A DNA stretch of 64,000 nucleotides from Psammoneis japonica (taxonomy: Eukaryota), in NCBI GenBank assembly GCA_008632985.1, contig QPGO01000047.1, positions 264,608-328,607 on the forward strand, in the 5' to 3' direction. This document shows positions 34,300 through 47,724 of the stretch, piece after piece. The stretch's first letter is position 1. Each line of letters opens with the position of its first letter. The notes beneath the pieces are model-generated. The model did no database searches. It had not been told where the DNA came from and worked only from the letters and a program-made list of their open reading frames with translations. Both the position numbers and the translations under genes were made by a program.

Positions 34300-36108
34300 C
34301 TACAAACACAGCAATACTCCGCAGAGGAATACTACGCCAGAGATGAACGCCGATTGACAAATCGAGTTCGCGTTGGATCCGCCTCCAATTATTGGTTCAG
34401 GAACAGGAACCGTACCAGTTGGGGTTGGTGCAACTGATGGTATCATAGAAGGCTGATGAGAGGATGGAATATTTGATGGAAAGTCAGATGGGACAATGGA
34501 AGGAGCAGGACTTGCGCTTGGGACGCTAGAAGGATGATCCGACGGTTGAAGCGATGGTGCTTCGCTCAAGCTTGGTTGACAAGAAGGATACTCGCTAGGA
34601 GCTCTTGATGGAGCCGGGCTGACACTTGGTTGTTGCGATGGAAATTGTGATGGCAATAGAGATGGTGCTGGACTGGTGGTAGGAGAACCAGATGGAGGAC
34701 TTGTAATTGTAGGGTAGTTTGTTGGAGCCAAAGAAGGTGACAAGGAAGGACGTTCACTTATCGAAGGTGCTGGACTCACACTCGGAAATATTGATGGCGA
34801 TGCACTAACCGAAGGCGCAATACTTACAGACGGAGCCGGAGAAAAATCAATGAGACACCCTGCAAGATTCTCAGTAGTCCCCTTTACAAACTCGCAGTGT
34901 TCTCCCTCGTACATTTCCATGCAGTCGCATCCCAGGTTTGGAGGATCGCGACATGTTCCAAAGTTTGTGCAAAATGAGTTAGGGTCAGAGACATTGCAAA
35001 ATGATGTTGGGATCTGATCACAAAATAGCCCAGCTACAACCTTTGGCGAAGCTTCGCAGTCACAACAGTACTGATCTTTTTGGGTGCCGCTCCTAACACA
35101 GGTTCCACCGTTTAAACACACGTTGCCGTCTGGACAAAGCGCAAGTTCGCATAATTGTCCTGACGTACCCGCAGGACACCGACAAAATTTTTCGCCAGTT
35201 GAAAGCACGCTGCATATTCCTCCATTCAAACATTCTAGACCGCATGATGTTGGGGCCGGTGTCACCGTTGGAGATATCGTTGGCGTAGTCGCGCCTCCCT
35301 CAGACATTGTAGGAGACGGAGTCGTAGTTGGTGAATCAGTTGTTTCCATGCCAGAAACTGAGCATGCATTGACCCATCGAAGAATATGGTCGCCTCCTGG
35401 ACAGTCCATGGATGGAAAAGAAGAGCCTAAGCAGTACGCGGCGTTCAGATACACAACGTGAAAGTCAGGTCGATGAGCACCAGCTAGGCTTCCATCCTGG
35501 TAGGTACCGTCCTGAATTCCATTCCCTTGTAGCGGTACATTTCCGTCTCGTCCATTCATAGCTGCTCGGAAATCGCTTATACCACTATAGAGCAATGACT
35601 TCCCATCTCCCTCATATGTTGGAGTAAACAAAGATGGCCCAAGCAACTCTCCGGCAGGTCCTACTGGGCTGTGTGTTGCTTGTGTTATGCGTCCTCCACT
35701 AGATCCCAGCGCCAACATGAGACGGTCAGAGAATACAACTGTTCCACCGGCATCTACATAGTCCGCCAGCGCGTTACCAAACTCTGTTGGATTGACATAG
35801 GGAGATCCGGTGTGTATCATCACGCAATCGTAAAGAAGCATCGTCTCCAGTGGTGGAGTTGCTCTATTTAGCAGAGAGGCATTGAAAAAGTCCGTTGCGC
35901 CACCGGTTACTTCAGATACTGCAGTTCGGAAGCCAACATTGTCTACGGCTCGATCTGACTTGACGTAGAGAATGGTTCGACCTGTACCCTCAAACACGCT
36001 TGACGTGAGCACAATCTGCTTGCTTGTTGCTGCAAATTTGTCGTCTATCGCTGCACCATTGCGCAAATCAAGGCATAGAATGGAAAGCAACGTCGTGAAG
36101 AATTTCAT
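34300..36108 (-). CDS. Secreted or surface-anchored protein: signal peptide, globular N-domain, 3 EGF-like repeats, PS/PT linker, hydrophobic C-terminus
   Basis: Intact 602-aa ORF with CLNGGxC...CxCP.G.SG.LCE repeats, PSxxPS arrays and terminal AFISGVVFLCGVLLCL. Confidence 0.9.
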   Translation of the reverse strand: MKFFTTLLSILCLDLRNGAAIDDKFAATSKQIVLTSSVFEGTGRTILYVKSDRAVDNVGFRTAVSEVTGGATDFFNASLLNRATPPLETMLLYDCVMIHTGSPYVNPTEFGNALADYVDAGGTVVFSDRLMLALGSSGGRITQATHSPVGPAGELLGPSLFTPTYEGDGKSLLYSGISDFRAAMNGRDGNVPLQGNGIQDGTYQDGSLAGAHRPDFHVVYLNAAYCLGSSFPSMDCPGGDHILRWVNACSVSGMETTDSPTTTPSPTMSEGGATTPTISPTVTPAPTSCGLECLNGGICSVLSTGEKFCRCPAGTSGQLCELALCPDGNVCLNGGTCVRSGTQKDQYCCDCEASPKVVAGLFCDQIPTSFCNVSDPNSFCTNFGTCRDPPNLGCDCMEMYEGEHCEFVKGTTENLAGCLIDFSPAPSVSIAPSVSASPSIFPSVSPAPSISERPSLSPSLAPTNYPTITSPPSGSPTTSPAPSLLPSQFPSQQPSVSPAPSRAPSEYPSCQPSLSEAPSLQPSDHPSSVPSASPAPSIVPSDFPSNIPSSHQPSMIPSVAPTPTGTVPVPEPIIGGGSNANSICQSAFISGVVFLCGVLLCL

Positions 36109-37382
36109 AATAAAGTACGATTGGAATTATTTTGCTTTTTTGTGACGGACAAGGACTCAAACGCGGGAATCTCAATCCCTGCTGTGCAATCATTTTTTGA
36201 AAATTTGAGTGGCTTCATTATGAAGGAATTTTTGACTGTATTTATACGTACTTTCTAAAATACAATCCCACAACGGCAATTTTGAAATGAAAGGAAGATT
36301 TACTATCATATAATTTGAGGGTATATGTATATATAAATGAAGTATTTCATTTCTTTTCAGTAGACAGCTTTTCTGATACTCAAATATATTTTCACCGCCT
36401 CACATTTTCGACTGTGAGAGCTCACAACTTCCTAGTACTGTACTTGAGAAGCAAACGCCAGTGATAGGGACAACAAGTATATGTCTAATGAAAGGGGTGC
36501 ACCTCTTTAAATGTAATGCCGCCGTCGTCAACACGTACCCTGAGGCCTGAGGCCTTTGGGCGATTCTTCGTCGCCTGCCTTGCTAGCTGGGTGATGATTC
36601 AGAGAAATAATGGCAAGTGGAACCACAGAAAGCATACCGTACATAGCAGATACTACTAAGAAAAGCTAGAAAAATGACATGGGCCCTGTTGTCCCGGACA
36701 ACAAGGCTCTTGGTGGGATAGGCTCTTTCTTCAATTCTGCTTCCTTGTGAAGAAGCATCGAAACTTTAAACATCGTTTCTAAATTCATCTTCCCTAGTCA
36801 TAAATATCTTCCGTCCAATTCTTCGTCCTGAAACGAAAACCAGTTTTTCTTTTGAAGAAGAGTATCCCACTCTGCAGTCATTAAGATATGAAGGGATTTC
36901 TGCATCGTTATGGCTGAATCTACATATTCTCACGTCCAGAAAATACAAACCAGCCAAATCCTAAACTCATTTACTGTCGGTGCAATTTTCGTCTTGCTAC
37001 TTCGAGCACTTCTCTCTTCTTTTCATTCGAAGATTCCTAGAGTGTAGTTCTACGCGATCTTCTACTAGGCTGTCTCTTGTTTCATCATATGGGGAAAGTC
37101 TGTGTGAACGCGCATGCTGATCAGATTCGAGAACGGATTCGGCGTGGTCAGCGACGTCTCAGCGTTGACCAAACGGCACTACCAATAACCTACACTGGTG
37201 TATATTTGCGGTTTTCACTCGTAAACTAAGGCCTCCTTCATTTTCCTCGTGAGCCTCTTCAACACAAACAAGCGAATACGAAAAGAAGGTACTATAAGGT
37301 ACGTAATTACAGTACTCAGGCACACCACTTTAGTCCCATGCCATAACGAGCACATTTGTTGAAAGAACACAACACAATCAAT

Positions 37383-38309
37383 CTACAATGACTGGTTTTC
37401 TTCAAAGACGGGCTTTGTTGGTCTGCCTTGGTCATCCCGAACGACTCGTAGTCCGCCTTTCTGGACTTCATCGCCAACATAAATTTCTGGATTGTATCCC
37501 ACGTTGGCCACTGAGAAATCATCCGACAGATCTGATACGGATCCCTCCACCTTTTTCAATGTAATCTAGTTATAAAGATTGGATGCAATAATGAATAACG
37601 ACGGGACGAGGCAGAAATGAGCGCTTTGATCAAACTACAGTGGCAACTCGCTCGCCCCATCACTCCACTATCCCCCATGATTGCTCACCTTATTCTTGAC
37701 TGTATCCATTTCGGAATCTCCCGGAGCCAACCACAGCTCTAGCGCCTTTGAGTAAGGTCCTCCAAAGTTTTGTGGCCGCAACTGATGCTTGGCATATTCC
37801 AAAATGAGTCGTTTCTGACTCAGCACCGCCTCGTCCTCGGTTGGAATGTGAGTTGACTTTTCCAGATCTTGCACAACTACACACCGTGCCACCTTGCCGA
37901 CAAACCAAAACAGCTCCTCATCATTTAATGGACTTCGTACATAGACATCATTGGAGCACTTGACTCCGTATTTCTTACGTAGCTTGTCAAAGGTATTGGC
38001 GGCGACACGAAGCACCTTTGTTCCAGAACCCGTGTAACCCGACACGGACCGAACCTTGCTCGACAAGTCCTCCTGTTTCGTCCCAAAACCAGCTCCAGTT
38101 GACTGCGGTTTCTTTTTATTCTTTTTCGGTTTATTTGCATACAGTACTGTTGTCAAACAACAAGTTGTTCTTTTGGAGGTATGGGGTATTGATGCGGCCG
38201 TGATGTGTGAGGGGCATGACGAAGAATGTTGTTGCCGTGGCTGTATCGAAAAGCCGTCAATCAAATCGAATGCCAACAAAAGCAAAGATATGAATATGAA
38301 TCGAATCAT
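37383..38309 (-). CDS. Conserved hypothetical plastid-targeted protein, two exons (38309-37689, 37565-37383)
   Basis: Signal peptide ending IDG-F, transit-like region and a GAGFG motif. A GTGAGC...CTAG 123-nt phase-0 intron joins to ITLKKVEGSVSDL...VGYNPEIYVGDE...FEENQSL*. Confidence 0.8.
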
Positions 38310-38499
38310 GCCGTTGTCGAGTTACTACACCATGAAGAGCACAACAACAACAATAAGGTTGACCAAGAGCAGTGCGGGCAGCTACGCAGCGTCAATAACA
38401 TCGTGTGATGTGGGCGATGCGGGATGCGGGGCGGGGGGAAAAAAGCGAGCGACGCACGGGCGATGTCGTGTGTCGATAACCTGTTGGCCACTTGTACAA

Positions 38500-39430
38500 T
38501 GGCGACGGTGCAAATCTTGCGGTTTTGGTGCTGATGATGAGGAGAATGACAGTGGCGGAACGGATGCCGGTCACGTTCGGGTGTTTGAACACAACTCTGC
38601 ATCGGATCGTTGGGTCCAACTCGGCAGCGACATCCTTGGACAAGATGCTGAGGATCATTGTGGTTTTTCCGTGTCACTCTGGTGGGGGGTGGGGGGCGGG
38701 GGGTGGGAGACATTCTTGCAGTGGGAGCTTGTCTGGATGACACAGAAAACGACGATTCTTCTCGACCGGCTCAACTGTTTCAGTGCAACTGTGGCTTCTC
38801 ATCCTGGAACCAACTCAGACAAACACTGGTTGGCCAAGCCATTGATGGTTGTTCTGGCTTTTCCATTTCCTCGGGTGTGCTGCTGCTGGGGGGGGGCATT
38901 GTTGGCACTTGAGCTGAAAGGAATGAATCGGGTGGAAACAGTGTGAGCCAAGTGTCGGTGGTGCATGAATGCAATGCTGCATCATCAAAATGGGATCCAT
39001 TGGGCAATCCAATGGATGGACAAGTTGTCAGTTGTGCTTTTGGATCTTCTGCTTTGTTTGATTGACGAGACAGCGGGGTTTGATTGTGGCCGTGGGTGCA
39101 CCCGGAAGCAGCAACGAAAGGGTTTTGGCTCACTCGCACAACAGCTCAACTTTGACATTGAATCAACATTGCCAAACTCTCTCACAACCGCCTGGTGGTT
39201 TTGGCTGCTCAGCATTGCTCCTGAGTGGCAATGGAAATGTCTTGGCAGTCAGAAGTCCGTTTCATGACCTCGGTGGATCGGAAAATGCTGGTCAAGTTCA
39301 AATCCATCAGCACAACAGCAGTGCTGATGAATGGAAGCAAGTTGGAGATCCTTTGAAGAATGGCAAGGATGATTTTGACAGTTCTGAATTGTCCATGTCC
39401 GTGTCATCCAACAGAAGCATCGTTGAAGTT
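38500..39430 (+). pseudogene. Hypermutated FG-GAP-like beta-propeller repeat gene
   Basis: AGHVRVFEHN...WVQLGSDILG...GFSVSL, IVAVGAPG and AGQVQIHQHN...WKQVG repeats with frameshifts and Tyr loss. Confidence 0.75.
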
Positions 39431-40031
39431 GGCTGGTGCACACACAGATGTCAGCAGCTCAGCTCTGCATCCACTTTGTGCACTCAATGGCAAACAACAA
39501 TTGGAAGTGCATTTTTTATGTTTCATCCTCTTGTGTCAATCACACTGCATTTTAGCAGCTCATTTCATTGCACAGCAGACCGTGCATCACATTCCTTGTG
39601 CCATGGTGCACGGTTTGCTTTCATCAAAAAAGGGGACGAGTCTGTCTGTCTCTGAACTTTTTGAGTCGTGCAACTCCAATCCCAAATCATCCTTGCTGAA
39701 AAATCCAACAGTGACAACAATGGCACAAATCAACTGTGACAACATCAACAACCATGTTGGAAGGATGTTTTGCCAAGAAATCAAAACCTCATGAATTTGA
39801 CACATCGTCGCTGTTTTTTTTCAATGAAAATGTGGCAGGCAGAGAAGTGACTTTCTAGATGACAACAGGCTTGGAGCTCAAGGTCACAAACAATGCCTGT
39901 TGTTGCTGTGTCTTTTAGAGAAAACTGTGATTGCAAACTGGCTGAGGTGTGATCTCAATGATCGATTTTGTAAGTTTGGAGGAAATGGGCTTGAGCAATC
40001 TGACAGAAATGTCTGAAACATCTTTGATGAA

Positions 40032-41200
40032 TGACTCTCCCTCTCAACTGCACAGCCACCAGCCAGCCTGCCTCATGCAGCAAGATTCAAACAAGGCCTG
40101 GACTGGGGACCCTTCTTCACAAATTGATCTGCACAAGCTGAGAGCCAGTTCCCACAGGCTCAATGATGACTTCCAATGCTTCAACCTTGGCATGGAGCCA
40201 GCAACAAAGAATGCCACTGGGCTTGGTGTGTGGTCACAGCATTGCTTTGGACAATCTCAGTGCCAAATGATGCACCTGGTGTGAGACTGGAGAAGCAACT
40301 TGCTTGATGAGTCATGCACAGCCCCCCACAATTTTTGATGAACTTGGTTGCCTCTGCATTGGCATGGCAGGGATGAGAGGCAGTGGTTGAGCAAGCAAAA
40401 ATTCCATGGGGCAAGTCTTCCAAATCTTGATCCCAATGAAAGTGCCAACTTTGCCTTCATTCTGCAGCTCAAAAACATGATGGTGTTCTTCCTCTTGAAT
40501 CCCCAAAGCAGAAATCTTGTGTTTCAAAAGATGTTTCCACCCTTTCCGGCAAGAACAGTGTCATTGACACACATGGTGCAGACCAGGTTTGTCTGCCTTT
40601 GGGCCAGCAATTGCAACCTTCTTGATGAAACAAGTCTTTTCTCCCTTCTCTTCTTCCAAAGAGACAGAGCCAGGCTTGTGCTTGCATTCAGCATTGCATG
40701 CCTCACAGAGCTTCTGAGCCTGTTCCTGTTCCTTGTTGCTGAGAGCTTTTCACTTGTCAGCAGGACAACAGCTGGCCTCAATCCCCTGGCTTCTCTTTCT
40801 TCATGCCATGCTTTGCCACCTTGCTTTCTGCATTGGTTGTTCGTGTGCTGACCAATGCTGGCAGTGGTGTGCAGTTGTTGACATTGTGCTTCTTGGCATT
40901 CTCAACCAGAGTTTCAATGCTCTGCTGGCAAGCCTCAAAATCCATGAGCTTGGTGGGGTCTTTGTCTGCCACACTGTTTCCACTTTCTAACCTTGGGTTG
41001 GAGACACCTTTGAGAAAGTCAGAGGCCTTCTTGGTCTCAGCCACTGGCTTGTCTAACTCTGGCAAGTCATCAGGAGCCTTCCGATGTCTGATGGCAATGG
41101 ATGCACACTGCTGGTGGTTGGTGAAATGACCCTGTCTAGTGTGTGCTTTGCAGCAGCAATCTGCGCATGTGAAACTTGGAGGGAAATGGGCAGTGGCACA
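40032..41200 (-). mobile_element. Internally deleted copia element related to 13-1458 (gag remnant, RT end, RNase H end, PPT)
   Basis: gag-like PVAETKKASDFLKGVSNPRL...DFEACQQ. ISALGIQEEEHHHVFELQNEGKVGTFIGIKI parallels IAKLGVSDDEQRHVFDPRDEGEVGNFLGIKI. Also KVEALEVIIEPV and the same PPT 19-mer. Confidence 0.85.
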
Positions 41201-44200
41201 AGGGACAACAACAAGGGATTGGTGGACAAGAGGGGGATCAGGGAGGCTCCAGCGGCACTTGCTCAAGCAGCCACTCTGAGCACTTTTTGGTGGCAACCAG
41301 GGGAGTCAGAAATGTGGGAAGGAAAGAAGGAGGGAGGAGAGAAGAGCCGCGGCACAAGGGGGGCAACATGGGTCAAGACAAGAGGGAAAATGACAGGGGG
41401 GGAGCAACAGAGGCAAGGGATGTTGGGCATGATTGCAAGGTTGATCTTCTGGCATTGTGGCTCCACGGCATGACCTTGTCCCCAACAGCAGCAGACTTGA
41501 CTTTCTCAGCAGCTCCAGCCAGATTGCAAGGATCCCATGGTGGGCCAATCTCAGGCAACACTTTGAGAACTGCAGCCAAGAATTGCAAGGTTGATCTTGC
41601 AGTGTTGTGGCCCCATGTCACCTTGTCCCCAACAGCAGCAAACTTGAACTCCCGAACTCCAGAGTGCAGTGACTTGTTCAAAGGCTCAATTGCCAAATGG
41701 CAGTGGGTGAGCAAAGCTTCAAAAAGCAATGTGCTGGGAGTGACATGGAGTTGTTTTGCATTGACAAAATGGCTTGAGAAGAATGGAGAAATTTGAGACA
41801 ACATTTTTGAAACAAGTCTCTCTTTTTTTGGAAGCAGGGAAGAACTGCAGTGAATGGGCAAGCTGTTTTCCATTTCCTTCACAATCTGAGGTTAAAGCAA
41901 GAGCCTGTCTTGTGGGAGGGCTGGTTGTGGTGCAAGTCAGAAATGTGAAAATTGAGCTTCATTGATTGTGTGCCAACACACAATGAGTTGTGGAGGAGCA
42001 AGTTGTCATGTGGCTGGTCTTGTCAAGAATGAGACGCGGCCGTTGCAATGTGGTGCCAAGAACTGTCCTTGTTGACCTTTGCAAAAAGTCTCAATGTCAA
42101 ACAAGTTTTCTGCTGTCACCAAAGCCATGATGGCTTTTGCTGCAAGTGTCGCAGCCCAGGTCCTGGAGTCAGGTGTGCAGAGCCATGCTCATCTTTCTCT
42201 CTGACAAGCAAAATTTTCGCTGGCACTTTGACAAGCGCGTGACACCCAAGCAAGCCTGGATGGATGTCCTTGGGGGCAAAAGTCAAGTGGATGTTCACAA
42301 TGGTTCCCTGCATTGCTGGCTCAACAGGTTGAGATGCACACGCTTCAGGAACAGGACTCCAGCAAGCTCTCCAAATCAAAGGAGATGATTTCTTCAGCTG
42401 GCCACCAGAGTTGAGCAGTGCTTGAGAAAAGGCAAGAGCCAGAGGGGGTTGTTGAGACTGCTTTGTGAGGGGCAGGCCACTGTCCACATGCCCACACTTA
42501 GTTCACATTTGGTTGGTTTTGAGTGACCTTCGCTGGAGGCTTCATGAGATCACTTTTGCTTTGGATGGCTTCTGCGCACACACCTTGCAACCCCTGTTCA
42601 GCACTGGGTGACATCACAGCTGCTCTCATGCTCCTTGAGATCTCTTGGCTGCAGGGCTGCTCAAGGTGGTTGCTGCTTCATTGCTCCAACTCAGCCAGCA
42701 ATTTGTGGTGACAGCATTTGAGCAGGACAGTCCTCCAACTGAAGAGACGACACGGGGAAAGTCACCACCTGCTGGGGTGGTTTAGTTGAGAGGATGCACT
42801 CAGAAGGCAGGGTTGTTGCAGATGGCAGCAGAGAAACCAGCAACACTGTTCAAAACACAGCTCGAAAATGGGTTTTGTGTTGATGTTGTCGTCGACTGCT
42901 TTCTCGGTGTTGAGAAAGGGTCCTGTTGACTTGCCTGTGCACCTTTTTGGGATTGTGTCCGAATTGAGAATGTGGCTCAGAACCGGTTTATTGTGCAACC
43001 ATGCAGAATGATGATGAATGATGGAGAGGCACATTGCTCGAGTGAAAATCGGAGCCGGGGAAAATAAGCGACGATGAAGTCGTTGTTTGTCGAGTGTTTA
43101 TGCGTTTCGAAGTAACTGGAGCATCACAGCGAGAGACATGAGGAGAAAGCAGGCTGTCACATATTATGATCTGCCGTAAGATCGCGATACTTGTACCTTC
43201 TTTCAATGGCAGCAAGCTCGGATCTTATGACGCAGCGAAGGGACACTACCGTTGTTGAGTTCCATAACATCCGTTCACTGCTGGCTCATCACTTGTTTCC
43301 TGATGGCCCGCCGTCCAGCGAGATATGTTTCTCTCACGCCGACACAAGGACTGCAGTCTCTGCTGCGGACGCTAGAAGGGCAGTCACAGCTATTGCAAAA
43401 GTACTCACGAGCACGAGAATCCGGTTTATCAACACAGCAGCAAATAGCAAATAATACTTATGGTGGCGGCATATGTGAAACTCTGGGTGGTAGCAACAGT
43501 GTTACAATAAGTCCCTTTATGGGCGGTCTTTGTGCTACTTTTGGTACTCTCGTCAGGAGCTTGATACTTCGATAAGAAAACGAGTTGTACGTAAAGGTGG
43601 TACTCAGGCTCTTGTCAATCTCGTCATCGCCGAAATGAAACATTCGAGCCAAGCTACAGTGACGAGATGGATCACTATTATAATTTGACATGGACGATTG
43701 GTTGGAGAAGGAGCTAATGTGCTACAACTCCGTGTTCCATTCCTTGTGGGATCCAGTTGTTCCTCTTGACGCGAAGCGTCTGTTGTTGTCAATGACGCGG
43801 TCGCATCATGTTTCCTTCTGGAGTCACCCTACTTGTATTCCAAGGCTTGCGTACTCGTTAATGTTGCAGCTCTTCGCAAGATAAGACCCAGCAGAATGTT
43901 GGGGCTTGACGCTATAAAGTCGAACCAAACAGTCTCTTGTTGCGAGCAGCTCGTATTCTAATTGTTTCAAGAGTTAGTATGACATATCATTGCGTCTGAC
44001 CCTTCTCTTAAGAAAACGAGTGATATTCCGTCCTTACTCTTGTTGTTCTACCCTTTTTGTGGATCTTTAGTGCTTAATGACAAGTGGGAAGAACCCCTCG
44101 GAAGACTTTTCGCAGGTCGGTTTCTTCTACTGTGGAGTGGCTTGAACGTGTTATTGTTGGCGGAACGTATTGCTTCTCTGGGCAAAAAAGGGATCGAAGA

Positions 44201-44797
44201 CAACCTACACGAGCATACGATTACTTCGTGGACCCAGCCCCTCAGCACTCGATGACATTAACTGCATTGCGGAGCAGCGATAGAAGTATGGGAATGCAAA
44301 GCCGCTCTGCTCTATATTATGTTCTTCTAGTAGGAATGGCACAGGTCGGACTACAATTCAGAGAGAAATGAAAAAGACTTCGATGATCAAAGTGACAATG
44401 GCTCAAGCGATGCCGCTGTGTTTTTCTACCGACGGCTCTTAATCATGCAAAGACCGGTCGCTTTCAGATCAATGAGAAACAGTCGTACAAGGACTGGTGT
44501 TCATGTTTCGTTTCTAATCCTTCGCGCTAGATGGAATGTCGGTGCTTCCCTAGGTTGAGACTTTCTTGATAGGAGACGTTATGCCTTGGTAGGATGGCTC
44601 GCCTGGAATCGTGTGGCATCCTCTTTGCTACCGTACGACATGATGCCCATGCTGTCACCCCTCACCGTTGATGATCTAGAATCTACTCTTTTAAAATGTG
44701 TCTGTCGCTCTCTTGTATAGTGGTTGCCACTGGGCGCGACAGGTTTGCCCGTACAGCACGGCGGTGTTAGGATTCGTAGAAGTTTTCCACGGCGGTA

Positions 44798-45720
44798 TTG
44801 CATAGCAGCCTGGCTGGAATGACAAGAGCTCAGCAAGCAGTTATGGAGGCAATGCTCGATGTTCAACCTACTTCTAGGAACAACTCAATCAAGCAAGATG
44901 ATATGAAACAAAAGATTACGAAATTGTCTGTTTCCCTATGTCCGAAAAAGTTTGAGTTTCTGGGCGACAACAGAGCGTTGGTCCTACCTCAATGTGCCTT
45001 TTCTATAAGAAGGCGAATTCGAAATCAAAGGCAGGGACGACCCTCAGGTTGAATTGATGCGACCCTGATTGAAATATGGCGAGGGTTGGCAAATCTGTAT
45101 GACCGCCCCCGAGTTGTGCGCCGCGGTGATATTGACCATAGTAGACCAATTCGTCGGAATGGACATGTCTTACTCTGGCCTAGTGTTGATGACGCTTCGG
45201 GTTGTTATGGTCCCAGTTCGCCTGGATGGACTACAGTCACGGAACAGCGAATTCGACTGAGTTTTCATTTGACACGAGTTATGTTCAGCAGAGGCAATAT
45301 CACCGAGAAAATTAGATTTGGAAATGAAGTGGTGCAAGAGGGTGATTTGGTGCTGGATATGCACGCTGGTATTGGTTATTTTACTCTTCCGGCCCAGACG
45401 AAGGGCAAGGCGTCTCGTGAGTAGAGCCCACATGCTGCGTCCCCCCTGAAGTACAACCTCCAACAAAATGGTGTGACGGATAGGGCAACAGTACCGTACA
45501 CGTAGGGGATTGTCGGAATATCGCTCGACAACATGAGCTGGTCGACAAGTTTGATCGAGTCAGTCTTGGACTACTCTCGAGCAGCGAAGGCGGTTGAAGA
45601 ACAGCTGCCAGGGCCTTGCGTCATGATACCGGAGGTTGGCTTCATGTCCACGGGAATGTACGAGACTCTTAAAGTAGCTCAATGCCAGCAATCGATGTGT
45701 CGTTGACTTGGTGTTCTAGT
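44798..45720 (+). pseudogene. TYW2: tRNA wybutosine-synthesizing protein 2 (Met-10+/TRM12 family) pseudogene
   Basis: TRVMFSRGNITEKIRF, VLDMHAGIGYFTLP, LKYNLQQNGV, DRVSLGLLSSSEGG*, GGWLHVHGNV. Contains stops, deletions and frameshifts. Confidence 0.85.
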
Positions 45721-46299
45721 TGGGGAGGATACTGCCAGTCCAAGTCGAGATGAGAAGAAGCATCTTAGTGGATGCTCAGCAGCAACGACAAAGTCGGGAT
45801 GGATATTTTTGTGATGTTCACTTTACATCTTCCTGTGGTATTCTGTGCATTCCCTCCAAACTGCGCGTTTACTTTGAACAGCCCATTTCGTGGGGAGGCA
45901 TTGCTCTTTCCTTACTGTACGTGCGATAGGCTTCTGTATAATGCTTTGTGGACGCCATACGTCCCGTCTTTTTTCGTCTTTTGCTACTTTATTTATTTGA
46001 ATGTGCTTACACTCGGCGGCGGCATGACCGCCTCCCTTATGTGGAGGGGAATGCGATTCGAAACCGTTGGTGTTTTGCGCGGCGTTTCGAGTCGCCAGAA
46101 ATATCTGAAATGGACTTGAAAACTGCAAGAAATACGAGGGAACAGCACAATATAAAAGGTATGTTCAATGCTGCCTTAAGGTACGAGATGGATTTCAACC
46201 GGAGAAAGTGGTTTGATGTTCTGGGTGTTTGGTTGTTGTTTTGTAGGGTTTTTGCGCAGCTGCGGTGCTCAGATGGCTATCGTGCGAATCTTTTCTCGC

Positions 46300-47724
46300 T
46301 TCAGAGTATACGGTGACGCCATTACTGTCAAGCGCTCTATTTCGAGGGGCGGTAGATAAATGGCTATAAGATTTTGGATGAGAACGTCGTGGAGCAGAGT
46401 CGCAAGAAACAAGACTTGGATGATGCTGGATAAGCTCAGTATTCATGTGGAGAACCCCGTTGCGGTGATGGATCAAGAGGAAGACAAGTACCATTTTTTT
46501 CCACAAGGCGACCGAACTTGAGCGATTATCAATCATACCTATATCTATTGTGGACAATATTGCGGAGCTAGATGAAAGCAAAAGACGTGTCGAGGAGTCG
46601 CTTCAAGATGCGGTTGAAAACGTCAAGCAACTCAAGCATGAATGGAAACAGCTTTCAAGAATTGGACAAACTTGAAGATATAAACTGGTGGAGCACCAAG
46701 AGGGCTAAGTAAGTTTCAATTTCTATGTGGGATCGCCTATACTTTTTCGATTTCTGGTCGTCGCTAACAAAGCCTAGCGTCATGTTATTCGCACCACTAA
46801 TATTTCGACAGGCGTTGGCTCTATCGGTGTGATGATGAGCGCCAGCAGCTCCAGAACAATGTAGAGACTTAAGGCGCAAGGTTGTTGGGCCCATTGGTAC
46901 ATACATCAAGGTGGCTCCGGGGAAAGAGAACATTGCGCGAATTGCAGAGCTGGCTCTTGGCGGAGGTTTGGATAGATTTGTTGTCCCCAACCACGAGGTT
47001 CGTCAGGTCATGATGAAGATTCGTCGAGGTGCTGGATGTTCAGCTCATGAATGCGGCATTACTCAGGTCAAGTCCGTGGGTCGCTACCAAGTTCCGGCTC
47101 CTCCGATGAGAGGTATTGAGACTGTAAACAGTTTCTTGCAGGCATCAGATGACTTGAGTTTTAGCACGTTGTAGACACAGCTAACGTTGACCAGCTTGCG
47201 TTGGCAGAGTCTAAGCAAGTCATTGAGCAGGCGCTTCTAGAGTGGAGGCACAACCAATCATACACGATTCGCGGTGGCAAATTAAAAAAGGTGTTCTTTT
47301 TGCCTCTGTGAGATTACTGGTTTATCAACAAACTAGGAGCTTTCTACAAGCAATCGCGGTGGATAAGTCGAAGGCGATCGAGGGCGCTTCAAAAGAACTT
47401 AAGCAGCTCTCGAAAGACGTTGAAGAATCCCGAGCCAAGGAGACGGATTTGAAGGAACAGCATCATTAGTACAAGGTCCAGTGGAACACTAGCAACAAGT
47501 CGGCTCGCGCCAATACAAAGCTCTTTTTACAGCTCAACAACATGCGGAGCCTTCGTACTACCGGACCCAGACGAAAAAGCGAAGGAGATAATCGAGGAGG
47601 AATGCGAGCGACGAATCAGAAGTACAGGAATGCTCAGAAAGCCTTGGAAGCGATGATGAAGGCTATTAATGCTATCGACGAGAACATAGCTTATTATTTG
47701 ATGCACGACATGAACCAGCGTTAA
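46300..47724 (+). pseudogene. SMC6: SMC6-like hinge and coiled-coil pseudogene fragment
   Basis: VGPIGTYIKVAPGKENIARIAELALGGGLDRFVVPN...IETVNSFLQASDDL resembles the SMC6 hinge. Flanking coiled-coil-like broken frames. Confidence 0.65.

Noticed and set aside
41431..41650. About 70-bp direct repeat at 41431 and 41581 considered as LTR or TSD
   Set aside because: Too short and too closely spaced for LTRs, with no PBS or TSD evident.
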